Origin: an uncultured Candidatus Saccharibacteria bacterium
GTDB lineage: Bacteria > Patescibacteriota > Minisyncoccia > Phycocordibacterales > PALSA-1337
Assembly: GCA_964416985.1 (NCBI GenBank)
Contig: CAYQFS010000001.1
Coordinates: forward strand, 19,413-83,412
Length of the DNA stretch: 64,000 bases
Direction: 5' to 3'
Shown: positions 38,556 through 49,262 of the stretch, one piece after another
How the letters are laid out: every line of letters starts with the position of its first letter
Numbering within the stretch: the stretch's first letter is position 1
Notes under the pieces: model-generated
The model's database searches: none
Told to the model about the DNA's origin: nothing
Seen by the model: only the letters and a program-made list of their open reading frames with translations
Translations under genes and position numbers: made by a program

Positions 38556-38828
38556 TTATTTTACTGCATCCTTTAAAGCCTTTGCAGCTCTGAATTTTGG
38601 CACCTTCATGGCTGGCACCTGAATAGATGCTCCCGTGCGAGGGTTTCGTGCCTCTCGCGCTGCTCGCTGCTTTACTGAGAAGATACCGAGTCCTGCGATA
38701 GAAACTTCCTCTCCTTTCTTCAAAGAGTTGACGATTCCATTGAGCATTGCCTCAACAGCCTGCTCTGCCTGGACCTTTGTACCTCCCAAAACTGCGTGTA
38801 CTGCGTCTACGATTCCTGCTTTGTTCAT
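38556..38828 (-). CDS. hup: HU-family DNA-binding protein
   Basis: [11 protein letters not shown]...[44 protein letters not shown]; start taken at internal Met (ORF-track start 38903 adds atypical 25-aa extension). Confidence 0.85.
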   Translation of the reverse strand: [90 protein letters not shown]

Positions 38829-38951
38829 AGTTTTTGTAATTACTAATAATACCTCCTTACTCGTTGCGCGAGAGCGCTTTGAGTACCTAACCTCATAATT
38901 CATTATATAACAAGGGTTTTTTGGCGCAATAGGGGTAAAATAAGGACACGA

Positions 38952-40481
38952 TTATCGAGCAAACTCAATAGCACGGGTTTCTCGGATGATTGTAACCTTG
39001 ATTTCTCCCGGATATTTGAGATCTTTCTCTATTTTTAGGGCTATATCTCGAGCCATATTTCGTGCTTCGAGGTCAGTGACGGCCTCTGGAGTGACAAAAA
39101 TACGTATTTCTCTACCCGCCTGGAGGGCATAGGACTTCTCGACTCCGGGGAAGCCATTTGCGATAGCTTCTAGATCCCCAAGGCGTTTTAGGTAGTTCTC
39201 AATACTATCTCGTCGTGCTCCTGGACGTGCTCCTGAGATGGCGTCTGCAGCCTGGACAATACGTGATTCTACTGTCTCGTAAGGATATTCTTCATGATGA
39301 GCCTGCATTGCTTTAACAATCTCCTCACTTGCTCCAAATTTCTGGAGGATTCGTCGACCGATTTCTACATGTGTACCGACGACTTCATGGTCGAGGGCCT
39401 TACCGAGGTCATGGAGAAGGGCACCAGCCTTTGCTACAGCTACATTTGCCTTTATTTCTTCCGCTATCATGCCGGCAATGTGCGACATCTCAATAGAGTG
39501 CTGGAGGACGTTCTGGCCATAGCTTGTTCTAAAATGGAGGCGTCCAAGGATGAGGAGGATTCGAGGATCGAGACCGATCACTCCACACTCATAGGCTGCT
39601 TGCTCACCCTTTTCCTTAATTGTTTTGTTGATGCTTGCCTGAGCCTCTGAAACGACTTTCTCGATCTTTGCAGGCTGAATACGTCCGTCCTTGATGAGTT
39701 CTTCAAGGGCAACTCGGGCAACATGGCGTCGTACTGGATCAAATGAGGAAATGGTGATGTTTCCAGGAGTGTCATCAACAATCACTTCAACCCCGGTCAT
39801 TCTTTCAAATGCCTTGATATTTCGTCCTTCCTTTCCGATTATCTTTCCCTTAATTTCATCATTTGGAATGGTTACTGATGTCGACATGACGTCGGAGGCC
39901 ACAGAGTTTGCGAGGCGCTGGATTGATGTTGCAAGAATTGATTTTGCTTTTTCTTCAAGTATTTCCTCTCCAGACTGTTCGAGTTTCTGAATGCGTACGA
40001 GAATGTCCTGCTCGGAATTTTTCTCAACTGTTTTCAAAAGAGACTGCTTTGCTTCATCCTTGTTCATGCCAGCAATCTTCTCGAGAGCCTGAGCCTTCTC
40101 GGCTTCGAGAGCATCCGCTTTTTCTTTAATGATTTTTATTTCAGCTACCTTTTGCTTTATGAGTTCAACTTCTTTGTCGATATCCGCCTGACGCTTATCG
40201 AGAAAATCCTCCTTTTTGATAAGGCGAGTTTCGATCTGTTGTATTTTTTCTTCTTTTTCCTTGATCTCCTTCTGGCTTTTCTCGAGGAGCATCTTTCCTT
40301 CAACCTCTGCTGCTTCGGTAATTTTCTTCGCTTCTTCCTTTGCTGCGAGACTCATCTCCTTTATCTCAATTTCCATCGATCCCTTTTTTCCAAGAGAGAT
40401 TATGAGGCGGAGATAGTAACCAATTCCGAGTCCCGCAAAACCTGCAAGGGCGAGAAGCAGTGCGACTAATTTTAATGACAT
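38952..40481 (-). CDS. rny: ribonuclease Y
   Basis: 509 aa; N-terminal TM, coiled coil, KH (IGKEGRNIKAFE), HD (HSIEMSHIAG...HDLGK). Confidence 0.9.
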   Translation of the reverse strand: MSLKLVALLLALAGFAGLGIGYYLRLIISLGKKGSMEIEIKEMSLAAKEEAKKITEAAEVEGKMLLEKSQKEIKEKEEKIQQIETRLIKKEDFLDKRQADIDKEVELIKQKVAEIKIIKEKADALEAEKAQALEKIAGMNKDEAKQSLLKTVEKNSEQDILVRIQKLEQSGEEILEEKAKSILATSIQRLANSVASDVMSTSVTIPNDEIKGKIIGKEGRNIKAFERMTGVEVIVDDTPGNITISSFDPVRRHVARVALEELIKDGRIQPAKIEKVVSEAQASINKTIKEKGEQAAYECGVIGLDPRILLILGRLHFRTSYGQNVLQHSIEMSHIAGMIAEEIKANVAVAKAGALLHDLGKALDHEVVGTHVEIGRRILQKFGASEEIVKAMQAHHEEYPYETVESRIVQAADAISGARPGARRDSIENYLKRLGDLEAIANGFPGVEKSYALQAGREIRIFVTPEAVTDLEARNMARDIALKIEKDLKYPGEIKVTIIRETRAIEFAR

Positions 40482-40659
40482 ATGCGAATGTAAATTCGCC
40501 TCTTAGACTGTACGTAATCTACTGTGTGTAATGTGTTCGGTTGTTTGAATGGCAATGTTCATCGGGGAAGCGCGGTATAGTTCGTTAAAGTCCTGAAAGC
40601 AAACCTACGGTAATTAATTCCAGTAATGACCACATCGTATAACACGATCGTGATTTTGT

Positions 40660-41232
40660 CTAGGAGAGGACTTTGTCGATGATTCCGTACTTCTTTGCTT
40701 CTTCTGCATCCATGAAGAAATCTCGATCGACATCTTTTTCTATTTTTGAAAGAGGTTGGCCGGTATTCTTTGCAAGCATCTTGTTTAGATTTTCTCTCAT
40801 TTTCAAAATATGCTTTGCACTAATCTCGATATCAGACGCCTGACCTTCTGCACCTCCGAGCGGCTGATGGATCATTACTTCAGAGTTTGGGAGAACGAAA
40901 CGCTTTCCCTTTTTTCCTGCTGAAAGGACGAGAGCTGCTCCCGAAGCGGCGATTCCAACACAGACAGTTGAGACATCATTTTTAATATGATTCATTGTAT
41001 CGACAATGGCGAGCGTTGCGGTCACCGATCCTCCGGGTGAATTTATGTAGAGGCTGATATCTTTTTTTGAATCTTCTGACTGAAGAAAAAGAAGCTGGGC
41101 GATAATAATATTTGCGACATGATCATCGATCGGTCCACCAAGGAAAATAATATTGTCCTTGAGCAGGCGGGAGTAGATGTCGTAGGCTCTTTCACCGAAG
41201 TTGGTTTTTTCTATTACGGTTGGTATTAACAT
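40660..41232 (-). CDS. clpP: ATP-dependent Clp protease proteolytic subunit
   Basis: 190 aa; GSVTA...catalytic Ser, IHQPLGG His motif. Confidence 0.95.
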   Translation of the reverse strand: MLIPTVIEKTNFGERAYDIYSRLLKDNIIFLGGPIDDHVANIIIAQLLFLQSEDSKKDISLYINSPGGSVTATLAIVDTMNHIKNDVSTVCVGIAASGAALVLSAGKKGKRFVLPNSEVMIHQPLGGAEGQASDIEISAKHILKMRENLNKMLAKNTGQPLSKIEKDVDRDFFMDAEEAKKYGIIDKVLS

Positions 41233-41313
41233 GATTTTTATTGAATTTAATGAGGTAATGTCGTCATCATACCTGATGTTTTGTATTTGGCAAATGTAGT
41301 GTAAACTTGGGGT

Positions 41314-42006
41314 GTGAAATTACACAGATTCTTTTTGGAAGATGCTATTGGGCCTCAGACCAGAGTGGCTATTCGCCTGCCTGAGTTTTTAAATCAAATC
41401 CGAAATGTTCTACGGTTTAAAGAAGGGCATACTGTGGTTATCTTTGACAATTCTGGATTTGATTACATTGCTACTATTGACTCATATGAAAAAGATGCCG
41501 TAATCCTCTCTATCGTGGAAAAGCGTGAAAACAAGGTTCATCCAAGGCGTGAAACATACCTCCTTGCTTCCTTAGTTAAGAAAGATACTTTTGAATGGAT
41601 CGTCGAAAAGGCCACAGAACTTGGTGTTTCCCATATTATTCCCATCATTTCCTCCAGAACAGAGAAAAAAGATATTAATAGTGAGCGCCTATTAAAGATA
41701 GCAATCGAAGCTGCCGAACAGTCGGGTAGGGGGACAGTACCTGTCCTTCATGAGGTAACAAATTTACCTGATGCCCTTGTTACCTATAGTTATCTACGTT
41801 CAGTCGTGTGGGAACCTTCGTCCGAAAAGTTTTCTGGAAAAGAAATTGAAGAAATAAATGCGATGTATATTGGCCCGGAAGGGGGGTGGACTCCGGAAGA
41901 ACTTCAGGTGTTTAAAGACCACGGCATCATGATGCGATCCCTCGGTCCTCAAATTTTGCGCGCGGAAACTGCAGTAGTCGCCGCTCTCTCCCAGATCGTT
42001 TTTTAA
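41314..42006 (+). CDS. rsmE: 16S rRNA (uracil1498-N3)-methyltransferase
   Basis: 230 aa; [10 protein letters not shown]..., RsmE PUA-like + SPOUT pattern. Confidence 0.8.
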   Translation: MKLHRFFLEDAIGPQTRVAIRLPEFLNQIRNVLRFKEGHTVVIFDNSGFDYIATIDSYEKDAVILSIVEKRENKVHPRRETYLLASLVKKDTFEWIVEKATELGVSHIIPIISSRTEKKDINSERLLKIAIEAAEQSGRGTVPVLHEVTNLPDALVTYSYLRSVVWEPSSEKFSGKEIEEINAMYIGPEGGWTPEELQVFKDHGIMMRSLGPQILRAETAVVAALSQIVF

Positions 42007-43092
42007 TTATTTCTGTCCCTCAAGAAACTTGAATACTTTTTCGTTCATGAGAACTGTTTCTGCGTAGACTGCTGCTCGTTCTCGATCTGCATCTTTGTAG
42101 TGTTCGATGATATGCTTTACCTCTGTTTCGATTTCTTTTGGATCGACGGTTATTTTTTCATCGGTCGCGATCTTGTTCAAGATGAGCTGAAGCTTCGCTT
42201 TCTTTTCCGCTGAAGGTTTCCAATCTTTTCGAAGATCTTCAATTGTTTTCTTTGCGTGTTTCAAATAGTCTTCTACAGTAACACCCATCTGAGCGATGTC
42301 GTCACCGAACTGCGCTTCGATTCTTCGGAGCTCTGATTCGACAAGAAGGTCAGGAATTTCTATGGTCGATGTTTCGATAATCTTATCCGAAAGGGCGACT
42401 CTTTTTTTCTCACGATTTCGTTCTTTCTTGTCTTCAAGAAGTGAAGCGGTTATTTTTTCCTTAAAATCAGCAACGTCTTTGAAACCTCCAAGTGATGTTA
42501 CAAATGCGTCATTCAATTCTGGAAGGGAAGCCTCGACAAGTTTCTCGTGATCTTCATGCGACATATTTTCGTGCGTGTGGGTGCTGTGGTCAACTCGTGA
42601 TCGTCGAATTTTCTTGATTGCATCTTCGAGTTCTTTGTCTGAAATTTTTGCCTCCTCTTCTTTCTTTGCCATTTCTTCTTTTGCAATTTTCTTGTAGTCT
42701 CCGAGTTTTACTTCTGGTACAACAGAAGTGATGACTTTAAACTCAAGTGGATTGTCCTTTGCAATCTTTGTTATATGAATTTCTGGTCGGCCGATGACAT
42801 CGATTTTTTCTGTAATGACAATCTCAGGATATGCTTTTGAAAGTGCGAGCTGAGCCATTTCTTCGAGTACATTCATTTCTCCAACTTTTGAAATGAGGAC
42901 GCTCTCAGGAACTTTTCCTTTTCGGAAACCATCAATTGTCACTTCGTCATTGATATTCTGAAGGGCTTTCTTATTACATGACATGAATGTCTCAGCAGAA
43001 ATTGTTCCGGTAATTTCTACCCTTGATCCTTCAATCTTTTTAATTGTGGCTGTTTCGTAGCTTTTCTTAGCTTCTTTTTTAGTTTTTGTCAT
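42007..43092 (-). CDS. tig: trigger factor
   Basis: Start at internal Met MTKTKKEAKK...; ribosome-binding N-domain GFRKGKVP motif. Confidence 0.85.
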   Translation of the reverse strand: MTKTKKEAKKSYETATIKKIEGSRVEITGTISAETFMSCNKKALQNINDEVTIDGFRKGKVPESVLISKVGEMNVLEEMAQLALSKAYPEIVITEKIDVIGRPEIHITKIAKDNPLEFKVITSVVPEVKLGDYKKIAKEEMAKKEEEAKISDKELEDAIKKIRRSRVDHSTHTHENMSHEDHEKLVEASLPELNDAFVTSLGGFKDVADFKEKITASLLEDKKERNREKKRVALSDKIIETSTIEIPDLLVESELRRIEAQFGDDIAQMGVTVEDYLKHAKKTIEDLRKDWKPSAEKKAKLQLILNKIATDEKITVDPKEIETEVKHIIEHYKDADRERAAVYAETVLMNEKVFKFLEGQK

Positions 43093-43192
43093 GAAAGGCA
43101 GTTTACATGAAAGGCCCAAAGAGGGCAAGTCAAAGAGATTGAATTCTTGGATACCCCATGCTACCATTTTATGTAGAAGGAGAATTCAGGTT

Positions 43193-43540
43193 ATGATGAT
43201 TCAAACAATTGAGTTTGTTCAATTAGTCGAAAGGGATTATGGGGATGTGATCGCAGGAAGGGTGTTGAAAAAGATATGGCTGAGGGTAAAGTTCAATGCA
43301 ATTTCTAGCATCCATGGCATGTCTATTTTGGAGGAGGTCTTGCGGGCGCCTGACTTTAAGGTTGGTAAGCGCAAGCTGTCGTGGCGGAAAAGGGCGTGGG
43401 AATCCTTTTTGGACAAGTTGTATCCAGACCGACATCTTATTCTTGGTTTACCTTGTCCTTGTTGTGGCCTGAAGAGCTTCAGGCTGGCACAGAAAAAGTA
43501 TCGCTGGAGACGCTGGATACATAGCTTCTTCCATCGATAA
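43193..43540 (+). CDS. hypothetical 115-aa protein (CPCC cysteine cluster)
   Basis: Start at MMIQTIEF preceded by GAAGGAGAA RBS; GC ~47%; followed by + terminator. Confidence 0.4.
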   Translation: MMIQTIEFVQLVERDYGDVIAGRVLKKIWLRVKFNAISSIHGMSILEEVLRAPDFKVGKRKLSWRKRAWESFLDKLYPDRHLILGLPCPCCGLKSFRLAQKKYRWRRWIHSFFHR

Positions 43541-43580
43541 TCCCCATGTTCCTCTTGGAACTAGTTCCACCGGCCTCAGC

Positions 43581-43611
43581 GGGTTCGGTGGAATTTTTTG
43601 TTATTAAATTA
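43581..43611 (+). terminator. rho-independent terminator (+)
   Basis: ccaccg-gcctcagcgggtt-cggtgg then aattttttgtt. Confidence 0.55.
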
Positions 43612-43612
43612 A

Positions 43613-43655
43613 GGTATATAAAAAAAAGTTCAGCACCTCCGAGTGGGAGGTGCTT
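43613..43655 (-). terminator. rho-independent terminator (-), convergent with previous
   Basis: - strand: agcacctcc-cactc-ggaggtgct then aacTTTTTTTTatata. Confidence 0.6.
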
Positions 43656-43675
43656 GGTGATTCGGAAAGAGAAAG

Positions 43676-43981
43676 TTATTTTTTCTCCAACAATTTCTTA
43701 TCGTGAAATTTCCAATGATAAGCTTTGAATTTCTTGATGAGAGCGGGGTTAAGGTTTGGAACTAGGCCCGTCGCTGTCACGTAGAGTAGCCCGTTTCGTT
43801 GGGTGTATTGTGTGATATGAATAGAGCCAAAAAACATCTTAAGCTCGAGATCGAGAAAACTCGCCAGGGTTTTGGAAGTAAGACTAATTTTGTGTAGCCC
43901 ATTGAATGTGATGATCGGCTTATTTGGTTGGCCATTGAATCCTGAATGACTACCAGACAGACTAGCTTTGAGGTGAATTTG
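43676..43981 (-). CDS. hypothetical ~101-aa protein
   Basis: ORF-track 125-aa version begins at a TTG inside the promoter-like motif; the MQIHLK Met lies ~60 nt downstream of the TTGACA motif; no family recognised. Confidence 0.35.
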   Translation of the reverse strand, partial: QIHLKASLSGSHSGFNGQPNKPIITFNGLHKISLTSKTLASFLDLELKMFFGSIHITQYTQRNGLLYVTATGLVPNLNPALIKKFKAYHWKFHDKKLLEKK

Positions 43982-44129
43982 CATAAGTAGGAGAACTGGG
44001 TTTGTTATTGGTCTGTAATGTAGTCTAGTCATATATGAGATATTGTCAACCAAACAAAAACCACCTCCTTCGAGATGGTCTCCAACAATTTCTCAGATGA
44101 GAAGGCAGTTGGCCTGCCCTTGATTTTCA

Positions 44130-44450
44130 TTACCGCCTCGACGCTTCGACAGCGTGACGTAGCTTGTTGGTCGTAGCCGCTATCTCCGAAACAACCTTTG
44201 CATCATCTACGCTGATCGCACCGTCCAATATTTCTGTGGGAATGTGTTTTAGCAACATTTCCGCCAATGCTACGTAACTTATGCAAGGTTCGAGGCAGAG
44301 GCTTATAGGTAGGCCTCGGGTGATGTTGTCGATACTACAAACTCCTGGCGCAGTCTGTAACCGAGAGAGGAGCCGCTGAACTGCTTCGATCTCTTGTTTT
44401 GGGAGCAATGCACCTTCCAGTGCTTTTCTTAATGTTAGAACTTTAAGCAT
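44130..44450 (-). CDS. hypothetical 106-aa protein
   Basis: GC ~50%; preceded (~69 nt) by a near-identical copy of the TTGGTTGACAATA motif. Confidence 0.35.
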   Translation of the reverse strand: MLKVLTLRKALEGALLPKQEIEAVQRLLSRLQTAPGVCSIDNITRGLPISLCLEPCISYVALAEMLLKHIPTEILDGAISVDDAKVVSEIAATTNKLRHAVEASRR

Positions 44451-44581
44451 ACTTCAATTTTTCTGGTTGTGAAGGTTTGATCCTTCGGGTTCTGTTACGA
44501 ATTTACTCCTCATGAAAGGTATTGTCAACCAAAGAAAAAACCGGCGTTGACCGGCTTCTTCTTTTTAAATTCTGTAGCTAA

Positions 44582-46564
44582 TTACATCAAAAACGCCACG
44601 ATGAGAAGTGCTACGATGTTCAAGATTTTGATCATCGGGTTAATTGCTGGACCTGCTGTATCCTTGTAAGGATCTCCAACCGTGTCCCCAGTAACTGCTG
44701 CCTTGTGGGCATCTGAACCCTTTCCACCATGATTACCCTGTTCAATGTGCTTCTTTGCATTGTCCCATGCACCACCTCCTGATGTCATTGAGATTGCGAC
44801 GAAGAGGCCAGTGATAATGGCTCCAACGAGGAGGCCTCCGAGAGCGATTGGGCCAAAGAGGAATCCCACGATGATAGGAGCGAGAACAGGAATGAGAGCA
44901 GGTAGGATCATTTGCTTGATAGCAGCTGAGGTAACGATGTCTACACATCGAGCGTAGTCAGGCTTTGCAGTACCAGCCATGATTCCCTTGATTTCTCGGA
45001 ATTGTCGGCGAACTTCATCAACAACTTTTCCAGCAGCACGTCCGACAGCTTCCATACAGAGAGCGGCGAAGTAGTAAGGGAGGAGACCTCCGATGAAGAG
45101 CCCGATGATGACTTTAGGATCGCTGAGGTCGAAGGCGAGGCCAGGGACAATATGAGTGTATTCGGCAAAGAGAACGAGAGCGGCAAGACCGGCAGAACCG
45201 ATAGCGTACCCCTTTGTAACGGCCTTTGTGGTGTTTCCAACAGCATCGAGAGGATCAGTAATATCTCGAATTTCTTGAGGAAGGTGAGCCATTTCAGCAA
45301 TACCTCCTGCATTGTCTGTGATAGGACCAAAGGCGTCGATAGCGACAATGATACCCGCCATTGAGAGCATACTCATTGCGGCAACCGCAATTCCGTAGAG
45401 GCCTCCGAGGTAGTATGTCGCAAGAATTCCAAAGACGATGACGACGAGAGGCCATGCAGTAGATTTCATTGAGATTGCAAGACCCTGGATGATGTTCGTT
45501 CCGTGTCCTGAAACGCTCGCTTCAGCGATAGACTGAACGGGTCGGTACTTTGTAGACGTGTAGTACTCGGTAATAAATACGAGGAGAGCGGTGATAACGA
45601 GACCGACGAGAGCACAGAGGAAAATATCAGCAGATGGGAAGAGACCATTTCCTTCCATGAGAGACTTTGTAATAGGGTAGAAGGCGATAGCTGCGAGAAT
45701 TCCGGCAGCGAGAAGGCCCTTGTACATTGCGCCCATTATATTTTTCTTTTTTCCAAGCTTTACAAACCATGTTCCGATGATTGATGTGATGATAGCGATT
45801 CCTCCGAGAGCAAGAGGGTAGAGAACAGCTCCTTCAAATCCCTTAAAGAGAGTTGCACCGAGCATCATTGCAGCGATAGTTGTAACTGCATACGTTTCAA
45901 AGAGGTCAGCTGCCATACCCGCGCAGTCTCCAACGTTGTCTCCGACATTGTCAGCGATAACTCCTGGGTTTCGAGGATCATCTTCTGGAATTCCTGCCTC
46001 AACTTTACCTACGAGGTCAGTTCCGACGTCAGCAGCCTTTGTAAAGATTCCTCCTCCAAGACGTGCAAATACTGAAATGAGGCTTGCTCCGAAAGCAAGA
46101 CCGATGAGAGAGGTGACACTTCCTGTCATAGAGTAGAATGCAGTCACTCCAAGAAGAGCAAGACCAACAACAAAGAGTCCTGTAACAGCTCCTCCCTGGA
46201 ATGCGAGAGAGAGTGCTGCGCCGAGACCTTTCTTTGCTGCCTCAGTTGTTCGGATGTTGCTTCGAACTGAGACGTTCATACCAATGTACCCCGCAAGAGC
46301 TGAAAGGACTGCTCCAATAACAAATCCAATAGCTACTGTCCATGAAAGGGCAAAGCCAAGGACGAGGAAGAGAACAACAGCGATGATGCCGATAGTTTTG
46401 TACTGTCGGTTGAGGTATGCCCGAGCTCCCTGCTGTATTGCAAGTGCAATTTCCTTCATTTTATCGTTTCCTGTAGGCTTCTTCATGATTGAAGCAATGA
46501 GGAAAGCCCCGTATACAAGCGCTACAATTGAACTTACGAGCGCAAACACTATGTATGAATTCAT
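44582..46564 (-). CDS. hppA: membrane-bound proton/sodium-translocating pyrophosphatase
   Basis: 660 aa, ~16 TM; signature [21 protein letters not shown] and DNVGDNVGD. Confidence 0.9.
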   Translation of the reverse strand: MNSYIVFALVSSIVALVYGAFLIASIMKKPTGNDKMKEIALAIQQGARAYLNRQYKTIGIIAVVLFLVLGFALSWTVAIGFVIGAVLSALAGYIGMNVSVRSNIRTTEAAKKGLGAALSLAFQGGAVTGLFVVGLALLGVTAFYSMTGSVTSLIGLAFGASLISVFARLGGGIFTKAADVGTDLVGKVEAGIPEDDPRNPGVIADNVGDNVGDCAGMAADLFETYAVTTIAAMMLGATLFKGFEGAVLYPLALGGIAIITSIIGTWFVKLGKKKNIMGAMYKGLLAAGILAAIAFYPITKSLMEGNGLFPSADIFLCALVGLVITALLVFITEYYTSTKYRPVQSIAEASVSGHGTNIIQGLAISMKSTAWPLVVIVFGILATYYLGGLYGIAVAAMSMLSMAGIIVAIDAFGPITDNAGGIAEMAHLPQEIRDITDPLDAVGNTTKAVTKGYAIGSAGLAALVLFAEYTHIVPGLAFDLSDPKVIIGLFIGGLLPYYFAALCMEAVGRAAGKVVDEVRRQFREIKGIMAGTAKPDYARCVDIVTSAAIKQMILPALIPVLAPIIVGFLFGPIALGGLLVGAIITGLFVAISMTSGGGAWDNAKKHIEQGNHGGKGSDAHKAAVTGDTVGDPYKDTAGPAINPMIKILNIVALLIVAFLM

Positions 46565-46682
46565 AAATCGATGGTTTTAACTGATATTAATAATTCTTCT
46601 GTAATGCGAACAATATAATAGAAAAGAGCGGAATAAGCAAGAAAATCAAGCCTATTTCGCCCACTTTCTTTGTAACTAAAAT

Positions 46683-46994
46683 TTAGAAGCTGTAATCCAC
46701 GTCCTCAAGCTGGGCGTCAAGATCGGCAGATATTGAGTTTACATCGTCATTTCCTGCAGTTGTTGATGTTGAAGAGACTGCTGCGCTTGTCTGTTCTGTC
46801 GATGCCTGGTCGTTTGTAGGTGTCTCGGTATTGAGCTTTTTTCCGAAGAAATAAAGACCGGCAATTATAAGGAGTATTACGATGACGAGAACTGCTATGA
46901 TTGGACCAATCCTCCTCTCCTTTTTTTCGACGACATTTACTGGGGGCATTCCGTTCATCATTCCGCTTGAATTTTGTGTAGTATTGTTATCCAT
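46683..46994 (-). CDS. small single-TM protein
   Basis: 103 aa; TM IIAVLVIVILLIIAGLYFF; Ser/Thr-rich tail. Confidence 0.4.
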   Translation of the reverse strand: MDNNTTQNSSGMMNGMPPVNVVEKKERRIGPIIAVLVIVILLIIAGLYFFGKKLNTETPTNDQASTEQTSAAVSSTSTTAGNDDVNSISADLDAQLEDVDYSF

Positions 46995-47003
46995 GATTTT
47001 AAA

Positions 47004-47825
47004 TTAATTTACTGTGGCTTTGACTTCCGCTCCAGCCTCGATTTTTACTCCGAGAGCTTTTGCAATTGATTCGACGACCTTTTTCATTGCATCACGAGCT
47101 TCCTTGACGCTTTTTATTGCAGCATCTCCAAGGGCTCGAGGGCGTGTAAGCTCAACTTCTGCTGTTGTGCTTGCTGAAGCTCCTGTTCCAGGAGTTGTGA
47201 TTGAAAGAGCTTCAAAGGCTGCAACTTCTGTCTTTGCCTTTGCAAGAGATGCCTGTGCTGTTACAAGAAGAGCCCGTGAAGCAGCCATGTCCTTTCCTTC
47301 TCCTTCAGCCTTTGTAATTCTTGATTCTATTCGTGCTGATGCCGTTTCGAGGTTTTTTAGGGCAATAGTGAGTTCGTGAACGAGAGCGTTCTTTCGAATC
47401 TCAAAAACTTTCATCTCCATTTTTTTCATCACCTCTTTTCTCTCCCCATTATTTTTCTTGAAGAGCATCATTGATGTTGAGGCATTTGCCCGGAGCATCA
47501 TTGATGTCGAAGCTTTTTCTCGAAGCATCATTTGTTCTGGACGGTCGCCTTTTGGAGCAAGGGGAGGGGTGGTCGATGATTTTCTGTTTATCTCGATGTT
47601 TCGAACCTCTCGATTTTTCTCGAGACGGTTTTCCATGTTGGCTTTGATTCTCTGGCCGATTGGGGGCTTTGGTGGAGCTGGTGGTTGAACAACTATTTCA
47701 TTGTCAGCACTTCCGTTTGCATCAGTAGAGACTTCTTCGGCTTGTGCTACAGCGACAGAGGCAAGGGCAAGACTAAGGATTAGGATTGCTAAAGGAACCT
47801 TCAAACTTTTTGTATATGTAGTCAT
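47004..47825 (-). CDS. secreted coiled-coil protein with internal tandem repeat
   Basis: Start at MTTYTKSLKVPLAILILSLALASVAVAQA signal peptide; repeat MMLREKASTSMMLRANASTSMML. Confidence 0.45.
   Translation of the reverse strand: MTTYTKSLKVPLAILILSLALASVAVAQAEEVSTDANGSADNEIVVQPPAPPKPPIGQRIKANMENRLEKNREVRNIEINRKSSTTPPLAPKGDRPEQMMLREKASTSMMLRANASTSMMLFKKNNGERKEVMKKMEMKVFEIRKNALVHELTIALKNLETASARIESRITKAEGEGKDMAASRALLVTAQASLAKAKTEVAAFEALSITTPGTGASASTTAEVELTRPRALGDAAIKSVKEARDAMKKVVESIAKALGVKIEAGAEVKATVN
47460..47545. repeat. ~30-nt imperfect tandem repeat x2.7 inside CDS
   Basis: GAGCATCATTGATGTTGAGGC / GAGCATCATTGATGTCGAAGC / AAGCATCATTTGTTCTGG. Confidence 0.6.
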
Positions 47826-47874
47826 AAGGAGAAGTATATACCAAAAGAGACCTCTTTTGAAGTCTCTTGTAGTC

Positions 47875-49029
47875 TTATTCCTCCTCAGATTCGCCTTTTT
47901 TAGCTGAGTTTTCCCCATTTACTTCCACAGATTGGATGTCTATCTTCCATCCAGTCAATTTTGCTGCGAGGCGGACATTTTGACCCCCCTTTCCGATTGC
48001 AAGTGATTGTTGATCGACTGAGACCTTTACAATTGCTCGGTTCTCTTCTTTTTTGAGATCGATACTAATGATTTTTGCTGGTGAAAGAGATTCCTCAATG
48101 AATTTTGCTGGATCCTCATGCCATTCGATGATGTCGATCTTTTCTCCTCCAAGCTCGCTCATGACTGTTGCAACGCGAACTCCTCTCTGTCCGACGAGAG
48201 AACCGATTGGGTCAATGTGTGAGTCTGTCGAATGAACCGCGATCTTTGATCGTGCTCCCGCTTCTCGGGCAATTGCCTTGACCTGAACCACTCCCTGAGC
48301 GATTTCTGGCGCTTCTATTTCAAAAAGTTTTGCGAGGAATTTTGGGTGAGATCGTGAGATTTTCAAGAGAATTCCCTTTGGAGTCTCCTCAACAGCATAG
48401 AGGTATGCTCGAATTCTCTCTCCCTGCTTGTATCTTTCACTCGGAATCTGCTCCTCATAAGGAATCATTCCTACCGCTCGTCCCATATCGATGAAAAGTG
48501 CTCCTCTCTCGATTCTCTGGACTGTTCCAGAGACAATTTCTCCTTCTTTCTGGCCGTATTCATTCAAAACTGATGTCTTTTCTGCTTCACGGATCTTCTG
48601 GATAATGACCTGCTTTGCTGTTTGAGCAGCGATTCGGCCATAGTTGTCCTTGAGTTCGAGAGGGAAGACGATTTCGTCATCTACCTTTGCATCTTTTTTA
48701 ATTTTCTTTGCATCAGCAAGGAGAATGTGATGCTCTGGGTTAAATCGTACTCGGATATTTTCTTCGTCGATTGTTTTCAAATCTTCTTCCTCTTCCTCGT
48801 CTTCCATGATCACTTTACTTTCGTCAACCACGATTTTTACCTGGTAGAATTCTACCTTTCCTGAATTCTGGTCAAAAACAGCCCGCACAATCTGGCCCTT
48901 TTTTCCATACTCCTTCTTGTAGGCGGTCGCCAAAGCAAGCTCGATAGCTTCGAGCATTTTTTCCTTTGGAATTCCTCGTTCATCCTCGAGCTGCTGGAGA
49001 ACTGAATGTATTACTTTGAGATCAAACAT
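47875..49029 (-). CDS. nusA: transcription termination/antitermination factor NusA
   Basis: 384 aa; N-terminal domain, S1, two KH domains. Confidence 0.9.
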   Translation of the reverse strand: MFDLKVIHSVLQQLEDERGIPKEKMLEAIELALATAYKKEYGKKGQIVRAVFDQNSGKVEFYQVKIVVDESKVIMEDEEEEEDLKTIDEENIRVRFNPEHHILLADAKKIKKDAKVDDEIVFPLELKDNYGRIAAQTAKQVIIQKIREAEKTSVLNEYGQKEGEIVSGTVQRIERGALFIDMGRAVGMIPYEEQIPSERYKQGERIRAYLYAVEETPKGILLKISRSHPKFLAKLFEIEAPEIAQGVVQVKAIAREAGARSKIAVHSTDSHIDPIGSLVGQRGVRVATVMSELGGEKIDIIEWHEDPAKFIEESLSPAKIISIDLKKEENRAIVKVSVDQQSLAIGKGGQNVRLAAKLTGWKIDIQSVEVNGENSAKKGESEEE

Positions 49030-49104
49030 ATGTAGTTGTGTAAAATTTTAATAAAAAATGTTCGCTTTCGGCGAACTTCAGATAGGGAGAGTATAGCAGA
49101 AGGG

Positions 49105-49200
49105 GAGGGAAAAGGCAATAGGAAAGGCGATCCCTTGGAGAATTGTTTCCCTCAACCCCTTCCGGCAACGGTCGGGGTTTTGCTATTCCAATTTGGAATA
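49105..49200 (+). promoter_or_regulatory. GC-rich structured element in pilB 5' leader (candidate riboswitch/attenuator)
   Basis: Long imperfect hairpin GAAGGGGAGGGAAA...TTTCCCTCAACCCCTTC plus AACCCC...GGGGTTTTG stem-loop; no family assigned. Confidence 0.25.
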
Positions 49201-49262
49201 TCAAAGATTCATGCCCGCTTATACACAATAATATATGCATATCCCCATGATATAATTGTCCC

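Noticed and set aside
38829-38903. 25-aa N-terminal extension of hup given by the ORF track
   Set aside because: HU proteins are ~90 aa and begin MNK...; the extension would be atypical, so the internal Met start was preferred.
43091-43192. ORF-track start (43091) of the 149-aa + ORF
   Set aside because: That start overlaps the trigger factor start on the opposite strand and lacks an RBS. The internal ATG at 43193 has a GAAGGAGAA Shine-Dalgarno sequence.
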